In this document: piece after piece, positions 62,620 to 64,000 of the stretch
How the letters are laid out: each line of letters starts with the position of its first letter
Position numbering within the stretch: position 1 is the first letter of the stretch
From: Chlorokybus atmophyticus
Lineage: Eukaryota > Plantae > Mesostigma and Chlorokybus algae
DNA length: 64,000 nucleotides
Direction: 5' to 3'
Assembly: GCA_009103225.1 (NCBI GenBank)
Contig: RHPI01003041.1
Coordinates: forward strand, 267,439 to 331,438
Program-made: the position numbers and the translations under genes
Notes under the pieces: generated by a model
What the model was told of the DNA's origin: nothing
Seen by the model: the letters and a program-made list of their open reading frames with translations, nothing else
Database searches by the model: none

Positions 62620-63731
62620 TCAAACATGAGACGCCCTATGCACTCCACCATTGCGGGAGGAACTGCATTTGCTATGGTAATGGCTGAGGTCATCCATGGC
62701 ACTCCAAGAGCTGTTTACCATGCAGCAATGCCGCCCCTGGTGCTTTGAAGGCCAGACTGAATACATTTGCTGTGGCGCGTTTGATGTCACAATTGTCTCC
62801 CTCACGCTAGCGGACAGGTGCGGTTATAGCAGTCCAACCGCCTTGCCCGCGTGCAAGCAGCGTGCTGGTGGGGTAGCTACCACTTATTGTGTATCAAACA
62901 GACGGTGTCAGAAGGTTGATAGGCCAAACATTGTGCCACAAAGGGACAGGTTGGGTCTGAACGAGGAAGCTGCTCCTGGCACATTCTCAATTACAAACTT
63001 GACCTGGCTTGCAAGCAGCAGACATCGGAGAAGCGGTATCATATCCCGGTGTCTCCAGATTTGCCATGTGCCGCCCGTTGAGGTGCCGGTATAGTACCTA
63101 AATAGGCCTGACATGGTAGACTGGCTCATATGAGCTCGTACTCGCTCAGTTCACTTGCACTCATAGTGCATACATCGCGGTGTATGAAAGGCAGCGGGTA
63201 CTCAGAGGGACTTATGTCCATCCTGGTCACGTCACAGCCTGCGTGGTGTAGACCGACACAAGCACCTGCACCGCCGCAGAATAGATCTGCGTGTGCGTTT
63301 AAGCTTGTTGTCAAATGGCGTGTATGTGGTCACGGCTGGTCGTGGTACTGGCCAGGGACTAACAATGATGCCGTCCGGGCATACTTTGCGACTGACATTC
63401 TCCCCTCCGGCGCACAGAACATGACGTGCCTCGTCAATTGATGTGTACGCGAATACCTTGTGCCCTTTACAGTTGATGGTTTGTGGATAATCACCGTCAT
63501 CGAATACTATATGGTGCTGCCTTGCAAAGTCATTTTCCGTTTCACCATGCACATATGATGCGTCCTTAATCTCGCACGCCAAGAAGCGATACTGACCTGA
63601 CGCTTGAATAGTTCCACAACGCCCGCATGCCATTCCCCATCCAGCGGCCAATGCACCATGACACTCACACCGATCAGCTGCTCGCATCCCAACTTCACTG
63701 CATTCCGCAGCCGATGCAGTGCGCTGTCCAA
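62620..63731 (-). pseudogene. Tudor domain fused to a bacterial/phage-type cytosine-5 DNA methyltransferase, decayed
   Basis: Tudor: LIGVSVMVHWPLDGEWHAGVV...|HHIVFDDGD, with an 80-nt intron at 63596-63517. MTase: ADLFCGGAG, I*ASLPCQ, FVIENVPGA, LCGTMFGL..*HRLFD and LGVPWMT...ANAVPPAMVECIGR. Confidence 0.8.
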
Positions 63732-64000
63732 CGGTCAATAGTTTGCCTACTCTACAGCGGCCAAGGGGTGGAACTGCTCATGCCCACAATGTGGAAGACT
63801 GCTCTGAATGCGACAACAGCTTCAACATGCATTGAATATGCATACACCCCTTATAACATGCAGTGATACGTCGCTGTCCACTCTGCCGAATTACCTCCAC
63901 AGCATTCGCCACCTGTCCATTAACCACATGTCCCGGTGTTGTTCATGTGAAGAAGCGCATGGGTTCCTCTCGCCACTCGAAGCATGAGCGCAAGCACGAC

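Overview
Eukaryotic nuclear DNA from a photosynthetic green alga, inferred to be possibly an early-diverging streptophyte. It has GT-AG introns full of (TG/CA/TGCG)n tracts, plastid transit peptides and three N-gaps. The first 30 kb is ordinary gene-dense housekeeping DNA: ValRS 3' end, a plastid-targeted PfkB kinase, secretory PLA2, plastid SecA, PsaD, LYRM2, an ELO elongase, an uncharacterised repeat protein and IspG/HDS. The main finding is an 11.1-kb Ty3/gypsy-type retrotransposon (31534-42646, minus strand, CATC target-site duplication). It encodes Gag, protease, a cytosine-5 DNA methyltransferase, RT/RNase H and a DDE integrase ending in a PHD finger. Instead of two LTRs it has split direct repeats (A-ORFs-B-A-B), an architecture I know only from tyrosine-recombinase elements. 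Its internal B/A junction is the palindrome GACA-GC-TGTC, which joins the element's two outer ends. It also has a self-complementary (Tf1-like) primer site. The right third holds a Tc1/mariner-type MITE, ATG8, a decayed tandem family, an EXD1-like pseudogene, and a decayed Plavaka-like transposase next to a second, unrelated phage-type C5-methyltransferase fused to a Tudor domain. All family assignments come from motif recognition by eye; no database search was run.
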